A DNA stretch of 64,000 nt from Candidatus Cloacimonadales bacterium (GTDB taxonomy: Bacteria; Cloacimonadota; Cloacimonadia; Cloacimonadales; JAFGVF01), in NCBI GenBank assembly GCA_963678315.1, contig OY782781.1:1312001-1376000 (forward strand). Direction: 5' to 3'. A model generated the notes under the pieces. It made no database searches, was not told the DNA's origin, and saw nothing but the letters and a program-made list of their open reading frames with translations. Position numbers and translations under genes: made by a program. Below are positions 9,329 through 19,993 of the stretch, in pieces (position 1 is the first letter of the stretch; every line of letters starts with the position of its first letter).

Positions 9329-9682
9329 ATGAAAATAGCAAATTACAGAGAAGAGAAAGCCGCAATGAATGTTCATAAGGTGGATGTAAAGAAAGTGTAT
9401 GATAGTAAGAACGCTCTCATGAACCATATAACCTTGCAAGCAGGTGAGAGTCTTATTCCTCATATCACACCAGTTGATGCAGTCTTCTATATTTTAGAAG
9501 GAAATCCTACAGTTATGATTGATAATAAAGATTATCTAGCTAAGCAAGACGATGTAATTGAGTCACCAAAGAATATCATACATTGCCTGTCTAATAAATC
9601 AGATAAGCCAGCAAGAATTTTAGTTACTAAACTTCCTAAACCAACAACAAAAACAATATTCCCAAGCATTACAGACAAATAA
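9329..9682 (+). CDS. Cupin domain protein
   Basis: LQAGESLIPHITP...FYILEG...PKNIIHCL cupin motifs. Confidence 0.9.
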   Translation: MKIANYREEKAAMNVHKVDVKKVYDSKNALMNHITLQAGESLIPHITPVDAVFYILEGNPTVMIDNKDYLAKQDDVIESPKNIIHCLSNKSDKPARILVTKLPKPTTKTIFPSITDK

Positions 9683-9691
9683 GAGGTATAG

Positions 9692-10924
9692 ATGAAATAT
9701 TTCGAAAGTAGTGATACATTGAAAGCTATAGTTGATAAATATCCGGAGACTATCCCTGTTTTTACTTCAAACGGATTTTCTCAAATGGGAGATGCTGAAA
9801 AGCGAGATAAGTTTGCAAGCTCAATTAGTTTGAAGATGGCTTTAACTTTGAAACAACTTAATTATGATACTTTTGAAAGACTACTAGTTGAAGCAATAGA
9901 AAGTAATAATTCTACTGTTGATGCTACTATTGCAACAAGTTCTAAGAAAAGAAACAAGCAAAGTTTATCAATTATGGGAGCCTTACCTTGTCCGGTTAGA
10001 ATTCCACTACTTGAGAAAATGATTACTTTTACCGAAGACTTTGAAGCAAGCAGTTCTTATGTATTAAATACGGAGTTAAAAGCAGCCTCTATGGGAGTTG
10101 ATTGGATTGAAGAAAACATAAAAGGAATTAGTGACCCTGAAAAGTTACCAGACTTGTTTATATCTGCTGGTTTCGATATGTTCTTCGATAAAGATAAGTT
10201 TGGTAAATTTAAAGCTATGGGCGTTTTTGAAGATTTCTCAGGATTAGACACTTATAATGAATCCTTTGCTGACATAGAATTAAAAGATCCACGAGGTCAT
10301 TTATCAATGATAGGGGTTGTACCAGCTGTCTTTCTCATAAACACTAAAGAGTTAGGGGATTTGCCAATGCCTACAAAGTGGAGTGATTTAATGAAAGCAG
10401 AATTTGAGAACAGAGTTTCACTACCAGTAGGCGACTTTGATTTATTTAATGGCATACTTCTTAACTTCTATAAGAATTATGGTGATGAAGGTGTTAGGAA
10501 GTTAGGAAGAAGTCTATTAGAGTCTATGCACCCATCTCAAATGGTTAGAAGTGATAGAAAGAGCACTAACCGTCCAATCATCACAATAATGCCATATTTC
10601 TTTACTAAGATGACTAAGCATGGTGGACCTATGCAGGCTATCTGGCCAGAAGATGGTGCTATTATTAGTCCAATCTTTTTATTATCAAAAAAGAGTAAGC
10701 AAAACGCATTACAAGAAGTAGTTAATTTCTTTGCATCCGAGGAAGTTGGCAAGGTTCTATCCCATAATGGATTATTCCCAACAACTAACCCTAATGTCGA
10801 TAATAGATTAGCAAAAGATAACAAGTTTATGTGGTTAGGCTGGGATTATATCTATAGCCATGATTTAACCGAGACAATTCACCATTGTGAAGAACTTTTC
10901 AACAATTCATTGAAAGGAGAATAG
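9692..10924 (+). CDS. DUF1858-like N-terminal domain plus ABC substrate-binding-fold protein, no signal peptide
   Basis: TLKAIVDKYPETIPVF N-domain; LPCP motif; PTKWSDL and IWPEDGAI typical of the SBP_bac_6/8-type fold. Confidence 0.75.
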   Translation: MKYFESSDTLKAIVDKYPETIPVFTSNGFSQMGDAEKRDKFASSISLKMALTLKQLNYDTFERLLVEAIESNNSTVDATIATSSKKRNKQSLSIMGALPCPVRIPLLEKMITFTEDFEASSSYVLNTELKAASMGVDWIEENIKGISDPEKLPDLFISAGFDMFFDKDKFGKFKAMGVFEDFSGLDTYNESFADIELKDPRGHLSMIGVVPAVFLINTKELGDLPMPTKWSDLMKAEFENRVSLPVGDFDLFNGILLNFYKNYGDEGVRKLGRSLLESMHPSQMVRSDRKSTNRPIITIMPYFFTKMTKHGGPMQAIWPEDGAIISPIFLLSKKSKQNALQEVVNFFASEEVGKVLSHNGLFPTTNPNVDNRLAKDNKFMWLGWDYIYSHDLTETIHHCEELFNNSLKGE

Positions 10925-10925
10925 C

Positions 10926-11618
10926 ATGAATCTAGTAACAGTCTCAGGTCCTCCATCATCAGGTAAAACTTCTGTGATTTTGAAGACTATAGAGTCTTTG
11001 AAGAAGCGTGGTTTAAAGGTTGCAGTAGCTAAGTTTGATTGTTTGTATACAGATGATGATATTTTATATAAGAATGCAGGAATACCAGTTAAGAAAGGTC
11101 TTTCAGGTGCTTTATGTCCTGACCATTATTTTGTAAGTAATGTTGAAGAGATAACCAATTGGGGCTTAGATAATAACTTTGATGTGCTAATCAGTGAATC
11201 TGCAGGTTTGTGTAACAGGTGTTCTCCATATATTAAAGGGATTAAAGCAATCTGTGTGATTGATAATCTTAGTGGTATTAATACTCCTAAGAAAATAGGG
11301 CCAATGCTTAAATCAGCGGATATAGTGGTTATTACTAAAGGAGATATTGTATCTCAAGCTGAAAGAGAAGTATTCGCTTCAAGAGTGAATACAGTTAATC
11401 CCAAAGCGACAATCATGAATATTAATGGTTTAACCGGTCAAGGGTCATTTGAGCTTTCTACTCTAATCTATGATGAGAAAGATAATATCAATAGCTTAAA
11501 AGGTAAGGAACTTAGATTCCCTATGCCATCAGCTCTTTGTTCTTACTGTCTAGGTGAAACTAGAATAGGGGAGTCTTATCAAATGGGTAATGTTCGTAAG
11601 ATGGATATGGATAAATAG
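10926..11618 (+). CDS. HypB/UreG/CobW-like (G3E) P-loop GTPase
   Basis: GPPSSGKT Walker A, LCPDH, ESAGLCNRC, ADIVVITKGD, C-terminal CSYC. Confidence 0.9.
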   Translation: MNLVTVSGPPSSGKTSVILKTIESLKKRGLKVAVAKFDCLYTDDDILYKNAGIPVKKGLSGALCPDHYFVSNVEEITNWGLDNNFDVLISESAGLCNRCSPYIKGIKAICVIDNLSGINTPKKIGPMLKSADIVVITKGDIVSQAEREVFASRVNTVNPKATIMNINGLTGQGSFELSTLIYDEKDNINSLKGKELRFPMPSALCSYCLGETRIGESYQMGNVRKMDMDK

Positions 11619-11626
11619 GGGTAGCT

Positions 11627-12634
11627 ATGATTATAACAAGAGATAATATTAAAGAACAATACATATCTGATTTACTACATGAATATCCTTTCCTAGAAAG
11701 CTATTTTGCAGATAATAACTTTGATTACAAGACAAGAAAAAACATAACTTTAGAAGCTTATTTTGCTGCTATTGATGAGATAGAGAAAGAAGATATGGCT
11801 ATTGATGATGAGCTGTTTTATAGTCAACTTGTTGAATATATTCAACAAATGCAAGCTTTCTTGGGCAAAGAAGAAGAGCTTGTAGAGATAGTGACAATTC
11901 TTCCAGGAACTAATAAATTCAAAGAAGCTGAGAATTTTGACAAGTTAGAGATTAAGAAGGGTGAAATAGTTTCAATTGTTGGTCCTACAGGTTCAGGAAA
12001 AAGCAGACTTCTTGCCGATATAGAATGGGTAGCTCAAGCTGATACTCCTACTTCTAGGACAATTTTAGTCAATAATGAAAAACCAGATGTTAAATGGAGA
12101 TTCTCAACCTCCGATAAGCTAGTAGCACAACTTTCTCAAAACATGAACTTCGTAATGGACTTAACAGTACATCAATTTGTTGAGTTGCATGCAGAGAGTA
12201 GGTTAGTTGAAAATCAAGAGCAGGTCATTGATAAAATCATTAGTAAGGCTAATGATTTGGCTGGCGAGAAATTCTCACCTGAAACACCAATCACAAGTTT
12301 GAGTGGTGGACAATCAAGAGCTCTCATGATTGCTGACACAGCTATTCTTAGTAAATCACCGATTATTCTTATAGATGAAATAGAGAATGCAGGCATTGAT
12401 AGAAAGCGTGCATTAAACCTTCTTTTATCAGAAGATAAGATAGTCTTAATAGCAACACATGACCCAATTCTAGCTCTACTAGCCGATAAAAGAATAGTCA
12501 TTAAGAATGGTGGAATAGATAAAGTTATTGAGACTACAGAAGAAGAAAGAAAGATTCTGTCTACACTAGAAGAATTAGATAAAACAATCCTGTCTTATAG
12601 AACAAAGCTCAGGCATGGGCAAATCCTAAAGTAA
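11627..12634 (+). CDS. ABC-type ATPase with N-terminal DUF1858-like domain (no linked permease)
   Basis: GPTGSGKS, LSGGQ, ILIDE and ATHD motifs; N-terminal ISDLLHEYPFLESYF. Confidence 0.9.
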   Translation: MIITRDNIKEQYISDLLHEYPFLESYFADNNFDYKTRKNITLEAYFAAIDEIEKEDMAIDDELFYSQLVEYIQQMQAFLGKEEELVEIVTILPGTNKFKEAENFDKLEIKKGEIVSIVGPTGSGKSRLLADIEWVAQADTPTSRTILVNNEKPDVKWRFSTSDKLVAQLSQNMNFVMDLTVHQFVELHAESRLVENQEQVIDKIISKANDLAGEKFSPETPITSLSGGQSRALMIADTAILSKSPIILIDEIENAGIDRKRALNLLLSEDKIVLIATHDPILALLADKRIVIKNGGIDKVIETTEEERKILSTLEELDKTILSYRTKLRHGQILK

Positions 12635-12666
12635 TAAATTACAATTAAATAGAAAGGAGATATATT

Positions 12667-12909
12667 ATGCATGACGGTTGCAGTGGTTCCTTCCAAAATG
12701 GAATAGAAGTAGTAAACAAGGTAAGAACTATGGGTTTTTCAGAGCAATTCATGCCTGTCCCATTAAATATTAAATGTGATAACTGTGGAGACTCTTTTGA
12801 AATGGAGACTTTCGAAGCTAAATGTCCTAAGTGTGAAATGGTATATGCAGTAACTCCATGTCATGCATTCGATCCTGACAATGTGAAAGCAGCTGGAATT
12901 AACTATTAA
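12667..12909 (+). CDS. Small Cys-rich protein, HypA-like Zn finger
   Basis: AAGGAG RBS; N-terminus MHDGC; CDNC-x12-CPKC; TPCH. Confidence 0.75.
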   Translation: MHDGCSGSFQNGIEVVNKVRTMGFSEQFMPVPLNIKCDNCGDSFEMETFEAKCPKCEMVYAVTPCHAFDPDNVKAAGINY

Positions 12910-12954
12910 TTTAATCATAAAACAATTAACAATAAAAAAAGAACGGAGAAAAAG

Positions 12955-14556
12955 ATGAGTATGTTTTGTTATCAATGCCAAGAAACACTTGGTAATCAAG
13001 CTTGTAAATTTAACGCTGGCGCATGTGGAAAAACTGCTAAAACTGCTAACTTACAAGATGCATTAATTTATGCAATTAAAGGTTTAGCTTTAGCTTCTGA
13101 AAGTAATTATAAGAGAGAAAATGGACTTTTTATTGCTCAATGTCTTTTCGCTACTATTACAAACGCAAACTTCGATGATGAAAGAATTATTGCTCTAGCT
13201 AAAGAAGCAATACAACGCAGAGATGCTTTAAATTACAATTGTGATTGTGATTTAATTACTTGGAATGCATCTTCAGAAGAAGAATTCCTTGCAAAAGGTC
13301 AAGGTCATGGTGTTCTTGAAACAGAAAATGAAGATGTTCGTTCACTAAGAGAACTTCTTGTTTATGGTTTAAAAGGTATTGCAGCTTATGCCGATCATGC
13401 AGCTGTTCTAGGCAAAGAAGACGATACTGTCTACAAGTTCTTAATGGAAGCTTTAGCTTCAACAACCAAAGACTTATCTGTTGACGATATGATTGCAATG
13501 GTTCTTAAAGCAGGTAAATATGCAGTTACAACAATGGCACTTCTTGATGATGCAAACACTTCAACTTATGGTAATCCTGAAATTACAGAAGTAAACATTG
13601 GTGTTGGCGACAAACCTGGTATTCTCATTTCAGGTCATGACTTAAAAGATATGGAACAACTTCTTAAACAAACTGAAGGAACTGGTGTAGAAGTATATAC
13701 ACATTCAGAAATGCTTCCAGCAAACTACTATCCTGCTTTTAAAAAATACTCACATTTCCATGGTAACTATGGTAATGCTTGGTGGAAACAAGCTGAAGAG
13801 TTCACAACATTTAATGGTCCTATCTTAATGACTACAAATTGTATTACTCCAGTAAAAGAAGCTTACTCAGATAGAATTTTCACAACAGGTATGGCTGGAT
13901 ATCCTAATGTTCCACACATTGAAGAAATTGACGGTAAGAAAGATTTCTCTAAATTAATTGAGATTGCTAAGAATTGTCCAGCTCCTACAGAAATTGAAAC
14001 TGGAACTATTGTTGGTGGTTTTGCACATAGCCAAGTTATGGCATTAGCTGATAAGGTTGTTGATGCTGTTAAATCTGGTGCAATTAAGAGATTTGTTGTT
14101 ATGGCTGGTTGTGATGGCCGTCATAAAACAAGAGGTTACTTTACTGAAGTAGCAGAAGAACTTCCAAAAGATACTGTAATATTAACTGCTGGTTGTGCTA
14201 AATATCGCTACAACAAACTTAACTTAGGTGATATTGGTGGAATTCCAAGAGTTCTTGACGCTGGTCAATGTAATGATTCTTATTCATTAGCAGTGATTGC
14301 ACTAAAACTAAAAGAAGTATTTGAACTTAATGATATCAACGAATTACCAATATCATTTGATATTGCTTGGTATGAACAAAAAGCTGTTGCTGTTCTCCTC
14401 GCTCTTCTATTCTTAGGAGTTAAAGGAATCCGCTTAGGACCTACATTACCTGCTTTCTTATCACCAACAGTTGTTAATGTGCTTGTGGAAAACTTTGATA
14501 TTAAACCTACTGGAGATGTTAAGGCTGATATCGAAGCAATGATGGCTGGTAAATAA
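12955..14556 (+). CDS. hcp: Hybrid cluster protein (hydroxylamine/NO reductase)
   Basis: MFCYQCQE...C...CGK [4Fe-4S] motif; hybrid-cluster ligand motifs SGHD, HSEM, TTNC, GCDG, AGC, GQCND and WYEQK all present. Confidence 0.98.
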   Translation: MSMFCYQCQETLGNQACKFNAGACGKTAKTANLQDALIYAIKGLALASESNYKRENGLFIAQCLFATITNANFDDERIIALAKEAIQRRDALNYNCDCDLITWNASSEEEFLAKGQGHGVLETENEDVRSLRELLVYGLKGIAAYADHAAVLGKEDDTVYKFLMEALASTTKDLSVDDMIAMVLKAGKYAVTTMALLDDANTSTYGNPEITEVNIGVGDKPGILISGHDLKDMEQLLKQTEGTGVEVYTHSEMLPANYYPAFKKYSHFHGNYGNAWWKQAEEFTTFNGPILMTTNCITPVKEAYSDRIFTTGMAGYPNVPHIEEIDGKKDFSKLIEIAKNCPAPTEIETGTIVGGFAHSQVMALADKVVDAVKSGAIKRFVVMAGCDGRHKTRGYFTEVAEELPKDTVILTAGCAKYRYNKLNLGDIGGIPRVLDAGQCNDSYSLAVIALKLKEVFELNDINELPISFDIAWYEQKAVAVLLALLFLGVKGIRLGPTLPAFLSPTVVNVLVENFDIKPTGDVKADIEAMMAGK

Positions 14557-14584
14557 TAATTTATATAAATTAATTTAATACTTG

Positions 14585-14613
14585 AGAGACACCTAATTTC
14601 TGGTGTCTCTTTT
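14585..14613 (+). terminator. Intrinsic terminator of the hcp operon
   Basis: AGAGACACC-N8-GGTGTCTCT followed by TTT. Confidence 0.8.
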
Positions 14614-14636
14614 ATATGAAATATTAGATAAATATT

Positions 14637-14680
14637 ACTAGCCTCCTGCATTAAAGTGCAATTTAATGCAGCAGACTAGT
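14637..14680. repeat. 44 bp palindromic repeat, family P2, copy 1
   Basis: ACTAGCCTCCTGCATTAAA...TTTAATGCAGCAGACTAGT; second copy at 59634-59673. Confidence 0.8.
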
Positions 14681-14726
14681 AATAATGTATAATTCAAGTA
14701 AGAACAATTCAAAGTATCACAGTGAA

Positions 14727-15344
14727 TCAATTATTATGTTGATTTTCTTCTTCTTCATTAGAACTGGTTAAATATTCAATCCAATCTGTAGATATTCCAA
14801 AAAAGAGAGTATTGTTTCCAGTTTGAATACCATCATCTTTACACCAAGTTTGTTGATAAAGTGCATCAATTGCAAAGTGTTTAAGCTCAAGTTTTGTTCC
14901 CATAGACCAACTATAAGATAGAGCTGAATCAAGATTTTCTTCCGGTACTTGATCTGCACTTAGTCCAGATGAGAAGTTAGTAGCAATTGTACCCAATCCA
15001 AGTCCTCCAAAGAAATAGATACCCATCTCTTTAGTAAAAGAGTAGTAGTAATGTGGCGTATATTGAACTCCAAGAGTAGTCTGGGTAATCTTGTAATTAG
15101 TGTTATCTGCTTCTACGTATGTATCATCAGTAATACCACCAGCATTTAAACTCAACCCTAACCAATGATTTTCTTTAAAAAGAAAGTGCAATCTTATGTT
15201 AGCGTTGTCAGCATTTCCAAACCTAGTCTGCATTTTCTCATTATCAAAATTGGCTTTGCCATAGTATAATCCCATAAAAGCGAAAGTTGCATGTAGACTA
15301 ATGTTTATAATAATCAATATTAGAACTAAAAAAATTTTCTTCAT
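14727..15344 (-). CDS. Outer-membrane beta-barrel protein (8-stranded type)
   Basis: Signal peptide; alternating aromatic strands, YFFGGLGLG. Confidence 0.6.
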   Translation of the reverse strand: MKKIFLVLILIIINISLHATFAFMGLYYGKANFDNEKMQTRFGNADNANIRLHFLFKENHWLGLSLNAGGITDDTYVEADNTNYKITQTTLGVQYTPHYYYSFTKEMGIYFFGGLGLGTIATNFSSGLSADQVPEENLDSALSYSWSMGTKLELKHFAIDALYQQTWCKDDGIQTGNNTLFFGISTDWIEYLTSSNEEEENQHNN

Positions 15345-15382
15345 ATATTTAAATCCTTTATTTTAGTTTATCTGTTATTTCT

Positions 15383-16762
15383 TTATTGGAAAAGAGATTT
15401 GTCAATATAGAAATAATAATGTCCCTTTTTTTGGGGAATGTCTTCATTTTCAATAAGAAAAGACTTACTCCAGCTAGCAACAATCTCATCTAAATAGCAA
15501 TCTTTAATCTTGATTTCTTCTGCGATTGCTTTAAGTTTGAATCGTTGATTATCTCCCACATTAAGCCAAACAAAATCATTTATTTGTGTGAGGGTATCAT
15601 CAAAAGAAATCTTATAGTAATTCTTACTATGCGAAATTTTGTAAGTTGAATCAGAAACTACTTCTTGGAATTTAGTTTCAGGACAATTGAAGATTATTGT
15701 CTTAACAATATTCTTTGTAGAATATTCTATGATAGCATCTTTTGTTATCCAAGTAAGTTCTGAAATTGCTGGGATATTAGCAGAAGAATTACTATATTTC
15801 TTGTATAATTCAAGATATTCCTCAGAAGTATAATGCTGGAGCATCATTCTAGTAAGAAGTCCTGAAACAGGGTAAGAAAGGGAAGGGTGGTTCATATTGA
15901 AGCCTTCTACAGACATTAACTCATTATAATTGATAAAGTCACTGTCTACAAGGAAGTTACCAGATTCAAGAACTGCTGATGTTAACATACCTCCTCTTCC
16001 TCCAATAGCTACAGCTAAGCCTTCTTGCAGGAAAGGGTGGGTATAAAGTTGATTTTCGCTAAGGTAGTAATTTATAAGAAAATGAACAACTTCATGAAAG
16101 TGAGCAGGGAAAGTTGATATTACTCTATCTTGATTAAGTAGCAATATCCCACGAGTTTCATAACCAGTTAACTTCTCTATAGTCGCTTGATCTGGACAAT
16201 AATAGTAGTCAAGCTTGTTAGATTCTAGTCTTTTCATAATATTATTATGGTCAGGGAAATATTCGAAGAAAGACTCTATTCTTTCATTGAGTTCAGCAAT
16301 AGCTTCATTATGAAGGATAATTCCTTGAGGGTAATGATAGTTCACATATTTAGAATCTTTACTTTGCCAATCTAAGGTATGATAGTCAGATCTTGAAATT
16401 ACTCTTCTATCTTTAGAATAGAAGTCATAGCTTATAATATTATCGTATTGCAAATAGCTTCTACAATAACCATCGGGCAAGACTTGACTACGAACAACTA
16501 ATTTGCTTCTATTTGGTGAATGATATATTTGCTTGAAGCGGCAATCTCTGTTACCTATTAAGAATTTATCGTAATCTAGATTATAATTAATATTGTGATT
16601 GCTAGAAGTAGAAATACTTTCTTCAGAGAGATACTTAACTATTTCTTTCTCATTAAGCATAAGCTCTAAGGAAATATTAACTTCGTCATTAGTTCTTGAA
16701 GCACAACAAATAGTTAACTTAGCAATAAAAAGTAAAACTAATAATTTACTTGTAGCAGACAT
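15383..16762 (-). CDS. Secreted gluzincin-like (peptidase MA-like) protein
   Basis: HEVVH plus downstream LQEGLA; signal-like N-terminus; probable start at 16762 (AGGAG RBS). Confidence 0.6.
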   Translation of the reverse strand: MSATSKLLVLLFIAKLTICCASRTNDEVNISLELMLNEKEIVKYLSEESISTSSNHNINYNLDYDKFLIGNRDCRFKQIYHSPNRSKLVVRSQVLPDGYCRSYLQYDNIISYDFYSKDRRVISRSDYHTLDWQSKDSKYVNYHYPQGIILHNEAIAELNERIESFFEYFPDHNNIMKRLESNKLDYYYCPDQATIEKLTGYETRGILLLNQDRVISTFPAHFHEVVHFLINYYLSENQLYTHPFLQEGLAVAIGGRGGMLTSAVLESGNFLVDSDFINYNELMSVEGFNMNHPSLSYPVSGLLTRMMLQHYTSEEYLELYKKYSNSSANIPAISELTWITKDAIIEYSTKNIVKTIIFNCPETKFQEVVSDSTYKISHSKNYYKISFDDTLTQINDFVWLNVGDNQRFKLKAIAEEIKIKDCYLDEIVASWSKSFLIENEDIPQKKGHYYFYIDKSLFQ

Positions 16763-17036
16763 ATTTCTCCTAGACATTTATTATTTAATTTGGTAATTGT
16801 CATTAGTATAAATTTAACTACTTACCTGATTTAATCATAATTTAAGTATCTTGTTAATAGTTGTCAATTCAATTCTGTTAATATCAAAAACTTAGTACTT
16901 TAAATAATTAGTAAACTATTTAGACTTTTGAATTTTATTAAATTGACACTTATTACCATAAAATATTACTAGGAATTAGCTAACTCACTATTTTCAATTA
17001 TGAAAATGGATAACATATATATAATTAGGAGAACTA

Positions 17037-18140
17037 ATGAAATTCAGATTACCAGAACTTAAAATAGGTAATTTAATAGCAAAACTGCCCATTGTTCAAG
17101 GTGGTATGGGAGTAGGTATATCACTATCAAACCTTGCTTCTGCAGTAGCCAACGAAGGTGGAATAGGGGTATTATCAGCTGTAGGGCTTGGAGCATTGCA
17201 TCACAATCATAGTAAAGAATCAGATGTAAAAGCTTTAAGAGAAGAGATTCAATTAACTAGGAAGAAAACAAAAGGCCTCGTAGGCCTAAATGTAATGGTT
17301 GCACTATCTAACTTTGATGAATTAGTTACTGCAGCAATTCATGAAAAAATAGATGTATTATTCTTTGGAGCAGGACTTCCTCTTAAGATGCCAAAAATAG
17401 TAACACCTGATTTCTTAGAGAATACAAAAACTAAGTTTGCTGTAATTGTATCTTCTGCAAGGTCTGTAAATGTAATTTTTAAAACATGGGCTAAGAAGTT
17501 TTCACATGTTCCAGACGCTGTAGTGGTTGAAGGACCTAAGGCTGGTGGACATTTAGGCTTTAAATATGAGCAGATAGAAGACGAAAACTATCAACTAGAA
17601 GCTCTGATTCCTGAAGTAAAAGAAGCTATTAAACCATTTGCTGAAAAGTTCAACAAAAGCATTCCTCTCATCGCTGGTGGAGGCGTTTATAGTGGTCAAG
17701 ATATCCATAACTTATTAAAGCTGGGTGCTGATGCTGTTCAAATGGGAACAAGGTTTGTTGTGACTGAAGAGTGCGATGCTTCTGACGAATTCAAACAAGC
17801 ATATATAAACTGCAATGAAGCAGATATTACTCTGATTAAAAGTCCGGTTGGGCTACCTGGTAGGGCTATAAAAACAGAATTTCTTGAATCTGTTGAAAAA
17901 GGGGATAAAATACCAATTAAATGTCCTTGGAAGTGCCTTAAAACTTGTGATTATCAGAAAGCTCCTTATTGTATTGCTATTGCACTACTAAATGCTAAGC
18001 TAGGTAACCTTAAGAATGGTTTCGCTTTTGCAGGTGCTAATGCTTATTTGTGTGATAAAATAGTAACAGTTAAACAACTTGTTGATAGCCTAAAAGAAGA
18101 ATATGATTTAGCATGTCAGCAAGAGCTAGTAACGACATAA
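17037..18140 (+). CDS. Nitronate monooxygenase / FabK-like flavoenzyme
   Basis: PIVQGGMGVG, VEGPKAGGH, AGGV and VQMGTRF motifs; Cys-rich tail. Confidence 0.9.
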   Translation: MKFRLPELKIGNLIAKLPIVQGGMGVGISLSNLASAVANEGGIGVLSAVGLGALHHNHSKESDVKALREEIQLTRKKTKGLVGLNVMVALSNFDELVTAAIHEKIDVLFFGAGLPLKMPKIVTPDFLENTKTKFAVIVSSARSVNVIFKTWAKKFSHVPDAVVVEGPKAGGHLGFKYEQIEDENYQLEALIPEVKEAIKPFAEKFNKSIPLIAGGGVYSGQDIHNLLKLGADAVQMGTRFVVTEECDASDEFKQAYINCNEADITLIKSPVGLPGRAIKTEFLESVEKGDKIPIKCPWKCLKTCDYQKAPYCIAIALLNAKLGNLKNGFAFAGANAYLCDKIVTVKQLVDSLKEEYDLACQQELVTT

Positions 18141-18188
18141 AATAACACTTATTGTGTTTATTAATTTAGAAAAAAACAAAACTTAAAT

Positions 18189-18219
18189 AAAAAAAAGGAC
18201 TTCGTTTTGAAGTCCTTTT
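18189..18219. terminator. Bidirectional terminator
   Basis: A8-GGACTTC-GTTTT-GAAGTCC-TTTT between convergent genes. Confidence 0.85.
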
Positions 18220-18242
18220 AATATATCTAGGCTAAGTATCAA

Positions 18243-19985
18243 TTAACCTTTTACGTTAAAGTTATTTATAAATTCTTGTAGGATAGAAGCTCTGGTAGGA
18301 TGTCTTAATTTCTTAAGAGCCTTATCTTCAATCTGTCTAATTCTTTCACGAGTAACATTGAAGATATTACCCACTTCTTCAAGTGTTCTATGGAAGCCAT
18401 CATCAATTCCGAAACGAAGTCTAATAACTCTTTCTTCACGTGGAGTAAGAGTTTGAAGAACCTCATCAACCTGTCTTTTAAGAAGAGATCTTTCAGCAAG
18501 TCTTTCTGGTGAAATAGTTGATTTATCTTCAATGAAATCCCCTAAGATACTATCTTCTGATTCATTACCGATAGGTTTATCGAGAGAAACAGGTTCTTTA
18601 GAAATATTTAGAATAGATTTAACTTTATCAACAGGCATTTCAAGAGCTTGTGCAATTTCTTCTGGGAATGGGTCTCTTCCTAACTTTTGCATTAATCTTC
18701 TTGATGTTCTATTGATTTTATTGATAGATTCAATCATGTGAACAGGAACACGAATAGTTCTTGCTTGGTCTGCAATAGCACGAGTAATAGCCTGTCTAAT
18801 CCACCAAGTAGCATAAGTAGAGAACTTATAACCCTTTTTATAATCATACTTCTCAACAGCTTTCATCAAGCCAGTGTTACCTTCTTGAATTAAATCTAAG
18901 AAGTCTAATCCTCTATTATTGTATCTTTTAGCAATAGAGATAACAAGTCTAACGTTAGCTTCTATCATATCAGATTGAGCTCTTTCTTTAGTCTTTTCAC
19001 CTCTTTCTATTTCTCTAAGTAAGAATACTAATTCATTTGCTGTCATGCGTGTTTCAAGTTCAACACGTCTAATCTTACGTTTAGCATTCTTAATTTTTCT
19101 AAGAGTTTCAATGAATAAGTTAGGGTCTAAATTTGTTTCAACTTTAACTTCATCAAAGTCTTCATCTGATTTCTTAGCTTTTCTGCCATAAGCACAAATT
19201 TCATCAACTGAGTATTTCTTAATGCGAGTAATTTCATTAATAATCTTTTCAGATTCAACAATCCTATCAACTAATGAGCGAACACGATAAACAAGACGTT
19301 TTACAAGTTTATCATTAAACACAAAAGTATTGAATAGTTCAACAATCTTTTCACGATTGCTATCAATCTCTTCTTGGCGAAGAGCCATTCCTGTCTCGTC
19401 AAAATCTGTATTATCTAAAATCTCACCAATGATGTTAAAGCAAGCTTCAATTTCTTTTATACGGCCTTCAAATATTCCTATGACTTCTTCAGGGCGTTTG
19501 TTATCAAGTTCCGTACCAAAATCAATTTTAAATATTTGGTCAATCCTGATTCTCTTTTCTTTGTATCTATGTAAGAAGTTTTGCATTTCACGAAGAGTGG
19601 AGCCAGAATAGAATACATTGTTAGTAATCATTTTATGGTAAGCTTCAATCTTCTTAGCAATACGTATTTCACCTTCTCTATCAAGTAGAGGCACTCTACC
19701 CATTTCTTTAAGATACATTCTTACAGGGTCATCATAGTACTTTCTTGTTTTAAGAGTTTTAGATTTCTTTTCTTTCTTTACTTTTACCTGTGCTTTGCTA
19801 ACTTTCTTTTCAGTTTCATCGATAACTTCGATACCTTCTTGCATGATGTCAAAAAGAATATCATCAATTTTATCAAGAAATACAGGGTTAGAAGGTAGAA
19901 TATTATTTATTTGTTTAAATGTAATGAAACCAGTTTCTTTACCAATCTCTACTAATTTTTTAATACAATCATTATAAGTTAGCAT
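18243..19985 (-). CDS. rpoD: Primary sigma factor sigma70
   Basis: [44 protein letters not shown]. Confidence 0.99.
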   Translation of the reverse strand: MLTYNDCIKKLVEIGKETGFITFKQINNILPSNPVFLDKIDDILFDIMQEGIEVIDETEKKVSKAQVKVKKEKKSKTLKTRKYYDDPVRMYLKEMGRVPLLDREGEIRIAKKIEAYHKMITNNVFYSGSTLREMQNFLHRYKEKRIRIDQIFKIDFGTELDNKRPEEVIGIFEGRIKEIEACFNIIGEILDNTDFDETGMALRQEEIDSNREKIVELFNTFVFNDKLVKRLVYRVRSLVDRIVESEKIINEITRIKKYSVDEICAYGRKAKKSDEDFDEVKVETNLDPNLFIETLRKIKNAKRKIRRVELETRMTANELVFLLREIERGEKTKERAQSDMIEANVRLVISIAKRYNNRGLDFLDLIQEGNTGLMKAVEKYDYKKGYKFSTYATWWIRQAITRAIADQARTIRVPVHMIESINKINRTSRRLMQKLGRDPFPEEIAQALEMPVDKVKSILNISKEPVSLDKPIGNESEDSILGDFIEDKSTISPERLAERSLLKRQVDEVLQTLTPREERVIRLRFGIDDGFHRTLEEVGNIFNVTRERIRQIEDKALKKLRHPTRASILQEFINNFNVKG

Positions 19986-19993
19986 CCATTCTC

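Noticed and set aside
16890..16930. FapR-like operator upstream of the FabK-like gene
   Set aside because: Weak match in very AT-rich sequence; not distinguishable from chance
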